Position numbers and translations under genes: made by a program. 64,000 bases of DNA. Origin: a phage. Under the pieces are notes generated by a model. That model saw nothing but the letters and a program-made list of their open reading frames with translations, was not told where the DNA came from and did not search any database. Location: assembly GCA_011939005.1 (NCBI GenBank), contig GCA_011939005.1_4858.1, one strand, 5' to 3'. This document shows, piece by piece, positions 1 to 8,585 of this stretch (position 1 is the stretch's first letter; every line of letters starts with the position of its first letter).

Positions 1-107
1 ATGTCTTTCTGCGTAACGTCCTTCGCAGTGACACGAGTAATAATGTAAGAAAGACGAACCAAAAACGCTTTCTTTGCCAACACAACGGTTTGATGTTTAA
101 AACGCAT
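1..107 (-). CDS. hypothetical protein, 5' end only (gene continues beyond window start)
   Basis: ATG at 107 preceded by the conserved leader AATCGACTATTAATCTAAAGGAGTATT; frame stays open to position 1 (MRFKHQTVVLAKKAFLV...); too short for the ORF track. Confidence 0.3.
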   Translation of the reverse strand, partial: MRFKHQTVVLAKKAFLVRLSYIITRVTAKDVTQKD

Positions 108-158
108 TAGAATACTCCTTTAGATTAATAGTCGATTAGAGAGTTTAGTAGTAACTCT

Positions 159-183
159 CACCTAAGTAATATATATCTGAAAT
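159..183 (-). promoter_or_regulatory. early-type promoter motif TTTCAGATATATATTACTTAGGTGA (copy 1)
   Basis: 25-nt motif shared with 29437-29461 and 37940-37964; contains TATATTAC; lies about 50 nt upstream of the start at 107 and just downstream of terminator 240-263. Confidence 0.5.
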
Positions 184-239
184 TTAGTGGACTGGAAGCA
201 AAAAGCATAAGACTGTTCCGATCTGTAAAAAAGACAATA

Positions 240-263
240 CCCTCTTACCCGAAGGTAAGAGGG
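240..263 (-). terminator. intrinsic terminator hairpin, UUCG loop in transcript
   Basis: perfect 10-bp stem CCTCTTACC/GGTAAGAGG with CGAA loop on + (UUCG on -); A-run on + at 226-231; follows stop of 270-893; sequence identical to hairpin at 27500-27523. Confidence 0.5.
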
Positions 264-269
264 GTACAA

Positions 270-893
270 CTAACCTGCCAGAATACGTTCAACGATACGC
301 GCGGCTTGTAACGCTATATCGTCGTCAGCCGTAACACGCATCAGCGGGAACTTATCGCCGCCATCTGTGGTGATGTGGAAAGCAAAACGGTAGTGGTCGC
401 GTAACGCGTCCCAATCAGTCTGTGAGCGCAGATACTTCGCTGTCAGTACCTCATCATCCCAGTTCTTGCCCTGGGCCTCTGCGCGCTTCTTAAAGCGTTC
501 TGTGGCGGTTTCGTAGGATACATCGGTTGCCACGTAAAGTTTCGGTGCGTTAATGTGGTCTAATACCCGTGAACGGAAAACTTCCCCTTTACCATCGACG
601 CCCTGGTAGACAATAGTCGATTGACAAAAACGGTCAAAAATAACGACATCGTGCTCTGGTACAACGAAATCCATCGTGTATTGGAAATCCAGACACATCG
701 CTTTAGCAATGCGTTCGTTAGAAGCGTGCTGGATAACCAGAGAACGTGCACTAATACCGGCTTCAGTGGTATTCGTCGGGTGATTGACGATGATGACATT
801 AACGCCAGCGGAGCGCAACATCGCTTGAATCATTTTCGCGAGTGTTGATTTGCCAGAAAAGTCCGGACCATCCAGCGCCACTGAGTTTAACAT
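270..893 (-). CDS. tmk: thymidylate kinase-like P-loop kinase
   Basis: P-loop LDGPDFSGKST, DRF and lid-like regions align by eye with bacterial Tmk; start moved to ATG 893 (GGGGAAGAA SD) because a terminator hairpin 971-990 lies inside the longer ORF-track extension. Confidence 0.6.
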   Translation of the reverse strand: MLNSVALDGPDFSGKSTLAKMIQAMLRSAGVNVIIVNHPTNTTEAGISARSLVIQHASNERIAKAMCLDFQYTMDFVVPEHDVVIFDRFCQSTIVYQGVDGKGEVFRSRVLDHINAPKLYVATDVSYETATERFKKRAEAQGKNWDDEVLTAKYLRSQTDWDALRDHYRFAFHITTDGGDKFPLMRVTADDDIALQAARIVERILAG

Positions 894-970
894 TTTATTC
901 TTCCCCAAAAGTTTAATTAATTGTAGTGGTGTCACAATATAGCGACCAAACGTAAAGAAAAAAATAAAAC

Positions 971-990
971 AGGCACCCCGAAGGATGCCT
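971..990 (-). terminator. intrinsic terminator hairpin, UUCG loop
   Basis: stem AGGCACCC/GGATGCCT (one mismatch), CGAA loop on +, preceded on + by A-run 948-968; downstream of stop of 1005-1763. Confidence 0.4.
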
Positions 991-1004
991 GACATTAGAT
1001 GTTA

Positions 1005-1763
1005 TTACTCGATAGCCTTGTGGTTCTTCATTTCTGGTGTCCAGGTGTGCTCAATCCATGCTTCGATGACCGGCTTGATGCCCGGACTTTTGAAGAATGC
1101 ATTTAATGACGGCCATTCCCCTAACGCGTACTTGTTAGTGAAATTGAGCGACATTACACTGAAGCCTTCGCGTTTGTTAAACAACGCAGAAGGGGCCAAG
1201 GAATAAGACAACATGGCCTGCGGCGTATCCGATTCGGGACGCAGCAGTGTCATGCGGCGGGTGACACGCAGTTCAATATCGTTGAAGTTAGCCCGGAGGT
1301 CTTCTTTAAATTTGACACTGCGGAAGAAACGATTTCCTGTTTCGGATGCTTTATTTACCAATCGCTCGGTTTGCATCACGTCTTTAAAATACGCATTGAT
1401 GCATTCTTCAATGAAGACATAGCGTGGTGCAGCTTCACGCAGTGCTTCTAAGTCGAACTCTTTCCATGCAGGGATGAGTTCAGGCTTACGGGCGATGTGT
1501 TTAAAGAACATCCTGGCTGAGACTTCACGCAGTGCTTTCAGCAGCCCGCGAATAACAGTTTCCCGCGTTGCGTTAGTTGCGAAGAACTCAGTCGTGCCAT
1601 GTACAACGGTACCGCCTGTTTTAGCGCTGATGAGCTTATGCTCTATCATAATCGGCATCCCGCCCTTGCCGATCATCTCTTCGTTATACAAAAACACATA
1701 ACGATATTCGCCACAGGCAGTGGGGACGGACAGGAACTTTTTCTTCGTAGTATTAACAGTCAT
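1005..1763 (-). CDS. hypothetical protein
   Basis: 252-aa ORF, SD-like AAGAGAGAAA upstream of ATG 1763. Confidence 0.5.
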   Translation of the reverse strand: MTVNTTKKKFLSVPTACGEYRYVFLYNEEMIGKGGMPIMIEHKLISAKTGGTVVHGTTEFFATNATRETVIRGLLKALREVSARMFFKHIARKPELIPAWKEFDLEALREAAPRYVFIEECINAYFKDVMQTERLVNKASETGNRFFRSVKFKEDLRANFNDIELRVTRRMTLLRPESDTPQAMLSYSLAPSALFNKREGFSVMSLNFTNKYALGEWPSLNAFFKSPGIKPVIEAWIEHTWTPEMKNHKAIE

Positions 1764-1855
1764 GGTATTTCTCTCTTAGTTTAAGTTGGTGAGTTTTAAC
1801 CGACTCACAACGGCTTCTAGCATATGCTAAGGATGAAACGTAAATTTTGTACGTC

Positions 1856-1876
1856 TCCCTAAAATAATATCTATCC
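1856..1876 (-). promoter_or_regulatory. promoter-like motif GGATAGATATTATTTTAGGGAG (class 2, copy a)
   Basis: shares GATAGATATTAT(C/T)TTAGGGAG with 22361-22384; sits between terminator 1894-1915 and the start at 1763. Confidence 0.35.
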
Positions 1877-1893
1877 GAAAAACAATAGAGTCG

Positions 1894-1915
1894 ACCCACT
1901 CCCGAAGGAGTGGGT
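1894..1915 (-). terminator. intrinsic terminator hairpin, UUCG loop
   Basis: stem ACCCACTCC/GGAGTGGGT, CGAA loop on +; minus-strand T-rich tract follows; downstream of stop of 1921-2517. Confidence 0.5.
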
Positions 1916-1920
1916 ATAAC

Positions 1921-2517
1921 TCACTGATGATCAACTTTCGGTTCAGACCACTCGGGGACTGGCGGAAGTTTAATATCAGTTGCGTATTCTGATGGCACCG
2001 CGAGTGTGGTAAAGCCACGACACGCCAAATAGTGCTGCATTCGTGCTGCCTGATTCGGTGTATCGGTGATCACCAAATGGGTCTTACGCATAAGTGCGAG
2101 TACCGCCTGTCCTTCTTGCGGCGTAGGTGTGCGTGGATGCTTACTGATAATGCTCATTAACCAGTCACGCGCAATACCACCTACATTACAACTGGCCTCA
2201 CGCAAATCAACCACGCCTTCACCTTCACCCACCACCTGTTTGGTGGAGTTAGGATAAAAGCGATACGGTGCACGACGACGCTTACGACGTACTTCCGAAA
2301 TAGCACGTCCGAGTATCATCTGTGCATGTTTAACGCTACAGCCTTCCACCGGTCTACGCATGTTCGTTACTAAACAGGCAATCTCTAGTACCTTACCGAT
2401 TTGATAACGACGCTTAAAGCCATGACGACTTATGTCTACGTATTCTGGAAGATTGCCGTTTTTATTGATGTTTGCAACCGTAATCAAAAACAGCGAATCG
2501 AGAATCATCTCAGACAT
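1921..2517 (-). CDS. hypothetical protein
   Basis: ORF with ATG at 2517 (GTG at 2520) preceded by AAGGGGAGA SD. Confidence 0.5.
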   Translation of the reverse strand: MSEMILDSLFLITVANINKNGNLPEYVDISRHGFKRRYQIGKVLEIACLVTNMRRPVEGCSVKHAQMILGRAISEVRRKRRRAPYRFYPNSTKQVVGEGEGVVDLREASCNVGGIARDWLMSIISKHPRTPTPQEGQAVLALMRKTHLVITDTPNQAARMQHYLACRGFTTLAVPSEYATDIKLPPVPEWSEPKVDHQ

Positions 2518-2529
2518 CACAGTCTCCCC

Positions 2530-2901
2530 TTAAAACCCCGCAACGACTGCAGCCATAAAGTCATGTACGACTTTACGTTGTTCTGCAAGCGGGTAGCCAA
2601 ATTTAGTAATGTCGTGCATCCACCGAACCCGGTGAGTCCGACCATCGTGACTGAATGTGGAGCGCAGTACCAGGAAATAATCCGCACTGACTCGAAAATG
2701 TAACGAGCAGCTGCCATGTTTGGCTCGCACGGTCAACTGAATACGCTTTACACCGCCGCCTAAATACTTAGCGTCGATGTCGACCTGGTCAACCTCCGAC
2801 ACAGCCCGTAAGGCTTGCGCGACGTCTTCCAGGTCCCCGTTCTTGCTCACATTAGCGCCATGGAGCGCTGCGGTACAGAGTTGAAGCTCTCGATAGAACA
2901 T
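2530..2901 (-). CDS. hypothetical protein
   Basis: 123-aa ORF; AGGAG SD 8 nt upstream of ATG 2901; start lies 55 nt inside the 3' end of the upstream ORF. Confidence 0.45.
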   Translation of the reverse strand: MFYRELQLCTAALHGANVSKNGDLEDVAQALRAVSEVDQVDIDAKYLGGGVKRIQLTVRAKHGSCSLHFRVSADYFLVLRSTFSHDGRTHRVRWMHDITKFGYPLAEQRKVVHDFMAAVVAGF

Positions 2902-3455
2902 CCTTCTAGTCTCCTGTCCCTCCCATAGTTCAAGGGATTTTTATAATACCAATCTTCATGCACAGGAGTCACGCGGATATACCGGCTGTAAAACAACAAG
3001 TATTTGTAGAAGGTATCAATACTGACGTCTTTGTCTACCGATAAAAAGTAGTTTAAAGACGGGTCGTCTGGGAACGACACAAAGATACCGGTGAAGTACG
3101 CATCGGCATAGGGGCCATTAAACGGCGTCACTTCACACTTCAGGCAAGGTAAGCCAACCTGAAACGCGTTCTGTCCTGTCCAGTAAATTCCACGTGTGGT
3201 TGCATCGCGTGTTTTCCCATCGGGACGACAAACAACCCCTGCCATAAAACTGGAGCGTTGACTTGGGTCAGCCGCGTTTAAGAACCGGGTTATTCTGTCT
3301 ACTGAAAAATATTTTAACGTGCCAGGCGGTAATTGCCAGAACTGTCCCATCGCACGTACCACCTTCCAACCAGGGCGATTTCTTGCCCCGAAACGCTTTA
3401 CACAAAAAGTATATCGCGAGCCAGTCTGATGTGGCACGCTGCGGACAGCCACCAT
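2847..3455 (-). CDS. hypothetical protein
   Basis: 202-aa ORF; ATG 3455 immediately follows stop of GNAT gene (TAAnATG). Confidence 0.45.
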   Translation of the reverse strand: MVAVRSVPHQTGSRYTFCVKRFGARNRPGWKVVRAMGQFWQLPPGTLKYFSVDRITRFLNAADPSQRSSFMAGVVCRPDGKTRDATTRGIYWTGQNAFQVGLPCLKCEVTPFNGPYADAYFTGIFVSFPDDPSLNYFLSVDKDVSIDTFYKYLLFYSRYIRVTPVHEDWYYKNPLNYGRDRRLEGCSIESFNSVPQRSMALM

Positions 3456-3456
3456 G

Positions 3457-3921
3457 TTAAAGCTCCTTTACCATATCCTGGTATTCAGTTCGGAATCCGA
3501 AACGTTCATAAAACGCAATAGCACGGTCGTTATTACCGAGCACGTTAAGCTGCATCCATGCGCAGCCTTTTGATTTGCCGTAGTTTTCTACGGCTTCGAT
3601 TAGTTCATGGCCAACGCCTTGCGAACGAACCGATTCATCTACAAAAAAGTTATATACCCAGAGGAAACGTTGTCCCTTTTTGGTGTAGCCGAAGGTGATG
3701 AAACCAACAGCCACACCACGGTCATCAACGGCGCAAGCGCATAGCGTACCTTCACCCCAAACCTCCTCCAGTTTTGAGATTTGATTAAAACCATCACGAC
3801 CGTTTAAGTCGGCGAGTTTTATTTTCTGATCGTCGTATAACTTGTTGTGTAGTCCTAACAAGTCGGCGTAGTATTTCTTTCCATACGGGGAGTTGGGCTT
3901 GGTGACAAAAACGATTTTCAT
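3457..3921 (-). CDS. GNAT family N-acetyltransferase
   Basis: acetyl-CoA binding motif RSQGVGHELIEAVENYGKSKGC and ...AIAFYERFGF; GGAGGG SD; start ATG overlaps upstream stop (ATGA). Confidence 0.6.
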   Translation of the reverse strand: MKIVFVTKPNSPYGKKYYADLLGLHNKLYDDQKIKLADLNGRDGFNQISKLEEVWGEGTLCACAVDDRGVAVGFITFGYTKKGQRFLWVYNFFVDESVRSQGVGHELIEAVENYGKSKGCAWMQLNVLGNNDRAIAFYERFGFRTEYQDMVKEL

Positions 3922-4382
3922 CACACCCTCCAATACATCTGGTAAGCACCTACCTTAAAGCCAGCTTTGTCGTAGAGCGACTTCGCGGCAGCGTTACCGG
4001 CGTTCACGGACAGGTGAACAACTGTACACCCTTTTTCCGTTGCGGATTTCTTTACCGCATCCATCAACGCGGCGCCGTAACCTTTACCACGTGCGCTGCT
4101 GCTAACGACCAGTGAGGATACCGACATCATCGTCACACCCTCTTCAGTCATCGTGCGGTATTGCGCAAAGCCATACAAGACACCGTCGTCCACGACCGCC
4201 AGTAAACGACCCCGGAAGCGCTCGGCTAACGATTTAGCCGGCGTAAAACGGACATTAATACCCGTCTCTTTTCGATAGCTTTCTATTTCGCTTTTGTCCA
4301 GCTCGTTATAAAGCGCGAGGATATCTGTGGAATATTTCCTGCCGTTAGCCGTGTCTGGCCCCACTATGGTAATAATCTTCAT
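3921..4382 (-). CDS. GNAT family N-acetyltransferase (second, tandem)
   Basis: motif ARGKGYGAALMDAVKKSATEKGC ... AAAKSLYDKAGF; GAGGTGA SD; ATGA overlap with upstream gene. Confidence 0.6.
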   Translation of the reverse strand: MKIITIVGPDTANGRKYSTDILALYNELDKSEIESYRKETGINVRFTPAKSLAERFRGRLLAVVDDGVLYGFAQYRTMTEEGVTMMSVSSLVVSSSARGKGYGAALMDAVKKSATEKGCTVVHLSVNAGNAAAKSLYDKAGFKVGAYQMYWRV

Positions 4383-5515
4383 CAGTTCACCTCGGCCAGC
4401 GATTGCTTCGTCCACTCCATTAGACCCTCCGCCACGCGTACCAGTGCCGTGGTGAAAGCGTCTTCCATCGCCATTGCATTACGGTAACGTAACGTGGCCT
4501 CCTTCAGCTCATCCCCTTCTAGGTTCTTAAGCTCGGACTTCATCGCTTCCACTTCTTCGTAAATGCCGGTGTAACCCACAACACGGTTCTTTGTTCCACG
4601 TGCAGCAATAGATTTGATAAGTGCTTCCACAGCCTCTATTGCTTTCCCACACTGATGCATATCCAGCGATTTAATGGTTTCACCATACTCACCGTCACGC
4701 GCAATTGCCCAACTGACCTTACCACTATGGTGCTCAACCACAACGATATTTCCAGGGACAGGAAAAGCTTCCACCTTTTTAAAGGGATCGATGATGCCAA
4801 GCAACCCAGCAGCACGCTTAACTGCCCAGTTCGTAGACTTGCTGATTTGTTTTAAACCTGGGCCTTCAAATGCTTTACTTTTCTTCAGGGCGGTACGTGT
4901 GTAAACTGTGTACTTTTGCACGACCCCTTCGTACGCGTTTGTCTGTTTAGAAAACTTAACACACGCTTCAAAATCTGGCCGATCTTCAAAACAAATTTTA
5001 GACGTCCAGCTACTCGTGTGAACGTCGACCGCAGCGAGTGTTTTGTGGTCATCCAATAACGACATTCGTGCTTTGAGCTTATTGAGCTTACGCTCCATGA
5101 ATGCGGCTTTCGAAGTTATTTCTTTCAAACGGTCGGCTTGTTCTTTCGCTAGCGCTTCCGCGAAATCGTAAAAGCGTAATGCGAGCTTTTTCGAAAGTTT
5201 ACCCGCGCCCTTTGCGGTTGCGCCTAGTCCAGCACCCACTAACTTTCCAGTACCTTTAACAGCTTTCGCAGTAATGCGCCCTGCTGCGCGATGGATGCCA
5301 GCCCGCGGGTCAGTATCAGTCATAAACTGAGCACGCTCCATCGCTTCGCGCGATTCACGAGCAACCAACATATCTTCACCGTCGTCGGTTAAGCACCAAC
5401 GCTGACGAATCGCGCAAACCGCAGGGAAGTCGGGCTTAACTCCCAGACCTTCGAGTGCGACCAGGCGATCGTAGTCGTCAGTCAGGACTTCTAAATCTAA
5501 ATCGAGCGTCGACAT
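4382..5515 (-). CDS. hypothetical protein, possible virion protein
   Basis: 377-aa ORF, AAGGAG SD; Ala/Gly/Lys-rich central region. Confidence 0.5.
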   Translation of the reverse strand: MSTLDLDLEVLTDDYDRLVALEGLGVKPDFPAVCAIRQRWCLTDDGEDMLVARESREAMERAQFMTDTDPRAGIHRAAGRITAKAVKGTGKLVGAGLGATAKGAGKLSKKLALRFYDFAEALAKEQADRLKEITSKAAFMERKLNKLKARMSLLDDHKTLAAVDVHTSSWTSKICFEDRPDFEACVKFSKQTNAYEGVVQKYTVYTRTALKKSKAFEGPGLKQISKSTNWAVKRAAGLLGIIDPFKKVEAFPVPGNIVVVEHHSGKVSWAIARDGEYGETIKSLDMHQCGKAIEAVEALIKSIAARGTKNRVVGYTGIYEEVEAMKSELKNLEGDELKEATLRYRNAMAMEDAFTTALVRVAEGLMEWTKQSLAEVN

Positions 5516-5525
5516 CCCCTGCTCC

Positions 5526-5798
5526 TTACATCTGCGTCAAAGTATAGTAGTAGTTGCGATGTGGCCATCGAACACACAAGGCAAATATCTCTCCCGTATC
5601 CGGCGTGGTGTAAACTGTCTGAATTGGGTCATTTTCTTGTGGTGCGACTTTCGAATCAAAACCGTGGCGTTCCAGGTAATCGAAGAACTCATCCTCGGAG
5701 CCTGGGAACAAGCGAAGGCTAGTCACCTTCTTAATCGGTTTTGACGGCGTAGGGAAGAATGCTTCCCACAAACGACGAGCTAAACTGGTAGTTTGCAT
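5526..5798 (-). CDS. hypothetical protein
   Basis: 90-aa ORF with AGAGGT SD. Confidence 0.45.
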   Translation of the reverse strand: MQTTSLARRLWEAFFPTPSKPIKKVTSLRLFPGSEDEFFDYLERHGFDSKVAPQENDPIQTVYTTPDTGEIFALCVRWPHRNYYYTLTQM

Positions 5799-5828
5799 AA
5801 TAGCGACCTCTGATTAAAGGCAACGTGG

Positions 5829-6428
5829 TCATAATAAGCACAAGCTCTCAAGCCACAGATGTCCTTCAAGCGCATGGTGGTAACAAGGAATACCACACTG
5901 CTTAGCGTATTTCACGCCCATGGCAGTACCGCCGGTCGGATTACCTTGTTTATCTAAAGGCGCAGAGTAATAAACTGCGTCTACAGGCGTTGCTAAATCA
6001 TCGCCCATAATTATATTCAGATTACGGCCATGAAGCGCCCAGGCGAACTCCTGGAGCTTTTCTGGCGCGGGATGAAGCTTACCTACTATCTCACGATAGC
6101 GGTCATCCTGAGGGATTACACGGAACTCTACGTTGGGATTCTGTTTCTTGAGCCAGAGCTTTTTCTCATCGGGTAGGTAACAAATGAACTCATCATCCCA
6201 CGCCATTTTCTTGCCGGTGTTCTGGTCTATTGTATTCGCCCACTGTCGGGCAAATCGGAATTGCAATTGGTCTGGACCACACCAGCAGCCGCCAGAAGAA
6301 AAACGAATCGTGTAATCTTTGGCGTGCAGCGCATTAAACCCACGTAACAATCGCATGTACATTTCAGACATGGTATCTTCATCAGTCTTCCGAGAACCGA
6401 TTACCGCAATTTTATAAATCTTTTTCAT
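5829..6428 (-). CDS. SLOG-superfamily Rossmann-fold protein (DprA/LOG-like), putative
   Basis: N-terminal KIAVIGSR and C-terminal PTGGTAMG resemble DprA/LOG family signatures; strong AGGAGGT SD. Confidence 0.35.
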   Translation of the reverse strand: MKKIYKIAVIGSRKTDEDTMSEMYMRLLRGFNALHAKDYTIRFSSGGCWCGPDQLQFRFARQWANTIDQNTGKKMAWDDEFICYLPDEKKLWLKKQNPNVEFRVIPQDDRYREIVGKLHPAPEKLQEFAWALHGRNLNIIMGDDLATPVDAVYYSAPLDKQGNPTGGTAMGVKYAKQCGIPCYHHALEGHLWLESLCLL

Positions 6429-6477
6429 GGACTTACCTCCTATACGGAGTGGACGATTCGTAAGAAAAAATAAATAC

Positions 6478-6504
6478 CTACCCTCGCTAAACGGGCGAGG
6501 GTAG
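6478..6504 (-). terminator. intrinsic terminator hairpin
   Basis: stem CTACCCTCGC/GCGAGGGTAG; A-run on + side 6463-6470; downstream of stop of 6509-7126. Confidence 0.45.
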
Positions 6505-6508
6505 TGTC

Positions 6509-7126
6509 TTAAACAAACTCACGATAACGAAAACCGTTAAGCTTCGTGATAGTCACTTCTTCTAACAGCTTACACCCCCAGAAACCAGCCAAGTCGTATT
6601 CCAGACCAGGCAACGTTGTCTTGGTTAAGTCTTGGCCGATATGGTACGGTAGCGTAATGCGTGTGCGCGATTCGTAAACAAATGATTCACATTCATAGAC
6701 GAGGACGTATCGATCAGTCGGGATGTCGTACTCTACGTGGCATTGCGCGGGGTTTTCCCACGCCTTACTTACAACGATGCCGCGTTCTGCACACGCCGAT
6801 TCAAAACTGACCATTGCAGGTTCAGACCATACGCGCAAATCGGCCGGTTTACCTTTCGACAAATCAAACCATGTGAGATGTTCAGGTTTCAACGTGATTA
6901 TATCATTTAGGCTCAATTTGCGGTAACGCACAACCACATAGTCATCTGGCTTACTCTTATTAGTCAGCAAAGCACTTACACGACCGTCCGGTTCCGGTGG
7001 ACCATAACTCTCCACTCGGATACGTTCTGTGGTCAGGGGCGTATAAACGGTTTCAGCATTAAAAGCATTGACTAAATCGAGCAAGGTTTGACTATGATGG
7101 TGGTTAAAGTCAATAACAAAAGACAT
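6509..7126 (-). CDS. hypothetical protein
   Basis: start placed at internal ATG 7126 with AGGAGCGAGG SD; ORF-track start at 7159 lacks an SD. Confidence 0.5.
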   Translation of the reverse strand: MSFVIDFNHHHSQTLLDLVNAFNAETVYTPLTTERIRVESYGPPEPDGRVSALLTNKSKPDDYVVVRYRKLSLNDIITLKPEHLTWFDLSKGKPADLRVWSEPAMVSFESACAERGIVVSKAWENPAQCHVEYDIPTDRYVLVYECESFVYESRTRITLPYHIGQDLTKTTLPGLEYDLAGFWGCKLLEEVTITKLNGFRYREFV

Positions 7127-7186
7127 GCCTCGCTCCTGGTATTTGATTAAGGGGGTCATAATACTTCACAGGAAAATAATAAACAG

Positions 7187-7208
7187 TATAGGGGCCGAAG
7201 CCCCTATA
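7187..7208 (-). terminator. intrinsic terminator hairpin, UUCG loop
   Basis: stem TATAGGGGC/GCCCCTATA with CGAA loop on +; A-rich on + side upstream; follows stop of 7217-7606. Confidence 0.45.
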
Positions 7209-7216
7209 CGCTGTGT

Positions 7217-7606
7217 TTAATAATCGTACAAAGGATACCGTGCGGAAATTTCTTTACCTACCCAAAAAGTTAACTGGTGGGTATTAACGCTGCGGTGTGT
7301 TCGTACTGACGGGACAATTGTCGCTTTAACTTTCGGCGAACATGTACCGGCATCTATTGGCTGGTACGTCTTGCGCTTTGTGTTAACGAGATAAAAGCCA
7401 CCGCCCGGACACAGTTCAGAACGCCCGTAGTTGACCACGGCAAACTCACCCTTCTCCACTGTCACGACTGGTTCATCTTTGTCGCTAAATTTTACAGGTG
7501 CGTCGGTTTCCCACATCGGTTTATACTGCGGGAAGTCCTGAATGGTAAAGGCGTTTACTGGCGCAGTAACGCAGAGTATAAACACAGCTAATACAGCACG
7601 CATCAT
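7217..7606 (-). CDS. secreted/periplasmic protein (signal peptide)
   Basis: N-terminus MMRAVLAVFILCVTAPVNA has n-h-c signal peptide features with AxA-like cleavage site. Confidence 0.5.
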   Translation of the reverse strand: MMRAVLAVFILCVTAPVNAFTIQDFPQYKPMWETDAPVKFSDKDEPVVTVEKGEFAVVNYGRSELCPGGGFYLVNTKRKTYQPIDAGTCSPKVKATIVPSVRTHRSVNTHQLTFWVGKEISARYPLYDY

Positions 7607-7608
7607 AT

Positions 7609-8085
7609 CTAGTCCTCTTCCAGATAGGGTAGAAGCCAGTCCATTTTCTCCAAACGGTGAATCATGTTGCGAGTGTTTGGCGATACCTGTAGGGCATCAT
7701 GGAACTGTTTTTTGAAGTGATGCCAGTGATAAGAGAAAGGTTTTGTTGGATAGCCCGCTTCCTTGAGAACTTCTTCCCACTCCAACCTCTGGATAAGGTG
7801 CTCGTCGACCAAAACCTCAACTAAAGCCTTCCAGGCACTCCGACGAAAATGCCGGGACAACCGACGTTTTAAATCGGCATAACTTTTTCTTTTACTGGAC
7901 CGTATTGCTGGTGAAGTCTTACTGTGATGAAAAGAACGTCTCGTAAGATTCAGAATCTTAACAGGAGTGCCCCTAAGCGAACTGTCTGCAATATTCAGTT
8001 CATGCTGAGGAACAAGCTCCACACGGCGGATGACGTTTATACGGGTTCCATCCGTATCTCGTGTTTCGTAAGCAACACGTATCAT
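7609..8085 (-). CDS. hypothetical basic protein
   Basis: 158-aa ORF, Arg/Lys-rich segment KRKSYADLKRRLSRHFRR. Confidence 0.45.
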   Translation of the reverse strand: MIRVAYETRDTDGTRINVIRRVELVPQHELNIADSSLRGTPVKILNLTRRSFHHSKTSPAIRSSKRKSYADLKRRLSRHFRRSAWKALVEVLVDEHLIQRLEWEEVLKEAGYPTKPFSYHWHHFKKQFHDALQVSPNTRNMIHRLEKMDWLLPYLEED

Positions 8086-8102
8086 TATACACTCTCGCTC
8101 GT

Positions 8103-8585
8103 TTAGACGAAATGACCTTCTGCCATCGAAAGAAAAATGGGAACGCTTTCGGCGTAATGTGTTAAAAGCTTTTCCTCCGGTGGCGTGTGTGACGAAATAA
8201 CATTGTAGTTCGTCATACGAAAATACCGTTGGCCGTCAGCAGCAATATACCATCGGTCAATCTGGAAGCCTTGTTGGTGAAAGAATCCTAGCGCGGGAAT
8301 GTTGGTCGGGTGAACACGACAGCTGACGTGTTTACGATCGGAGTTCTGCTGAAGATACTTAAGCATAAACCTGCCGACACCACCGCGGCGAGATTCTTCG
8401 GGTACAACCATATAGACCAAATGGCCAGGTTCCCATGCCATGATTCCCCGCACGATATCATCCTCAACAAACATCGTGAGTTTAATAGGCTCCTCGCGGA
8501 TACTGTTTAAGTCGCGCACCCATTCAACCAGTTCAGGATAAACATTCGCGGGAATCTTATCCTCGACCACATTAATAACAAGCAT
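8103..8585 (-). CDS. GNAT-like acetyltransferase (third)
   Basis: motif ESRRGGVGRFMLKYLQ ... PALGFFHQQGF; ATG at 8585 overlaps upstream stop (ATGA). Confidence 0.4.
   Translation of the reverse strand: MLVINVVEDKIPANVYPELVEWVRDLNSIREEPIKLTMFVEDDIVRGIMAWEPGHLVYMVVPEESRRGGVGRFMLKYLQQNSDRKHVSCRVHPTNIPALGFFHQQGFQIDRWYIAADGQRYFRMTNYNVISSHTPPEEKLLTHYAESVPIFLSMAEGHFV

Noticed and set aside
894-995. N-terminal extension of the thymidylate kinase gene to ATG 995
   Set aside because: The extension contains terminator hairpin 971-990, has no SD, and the hydrophobic extension does not resemble Tmk; ATG 893 has an SD and lies just before the P-loop.
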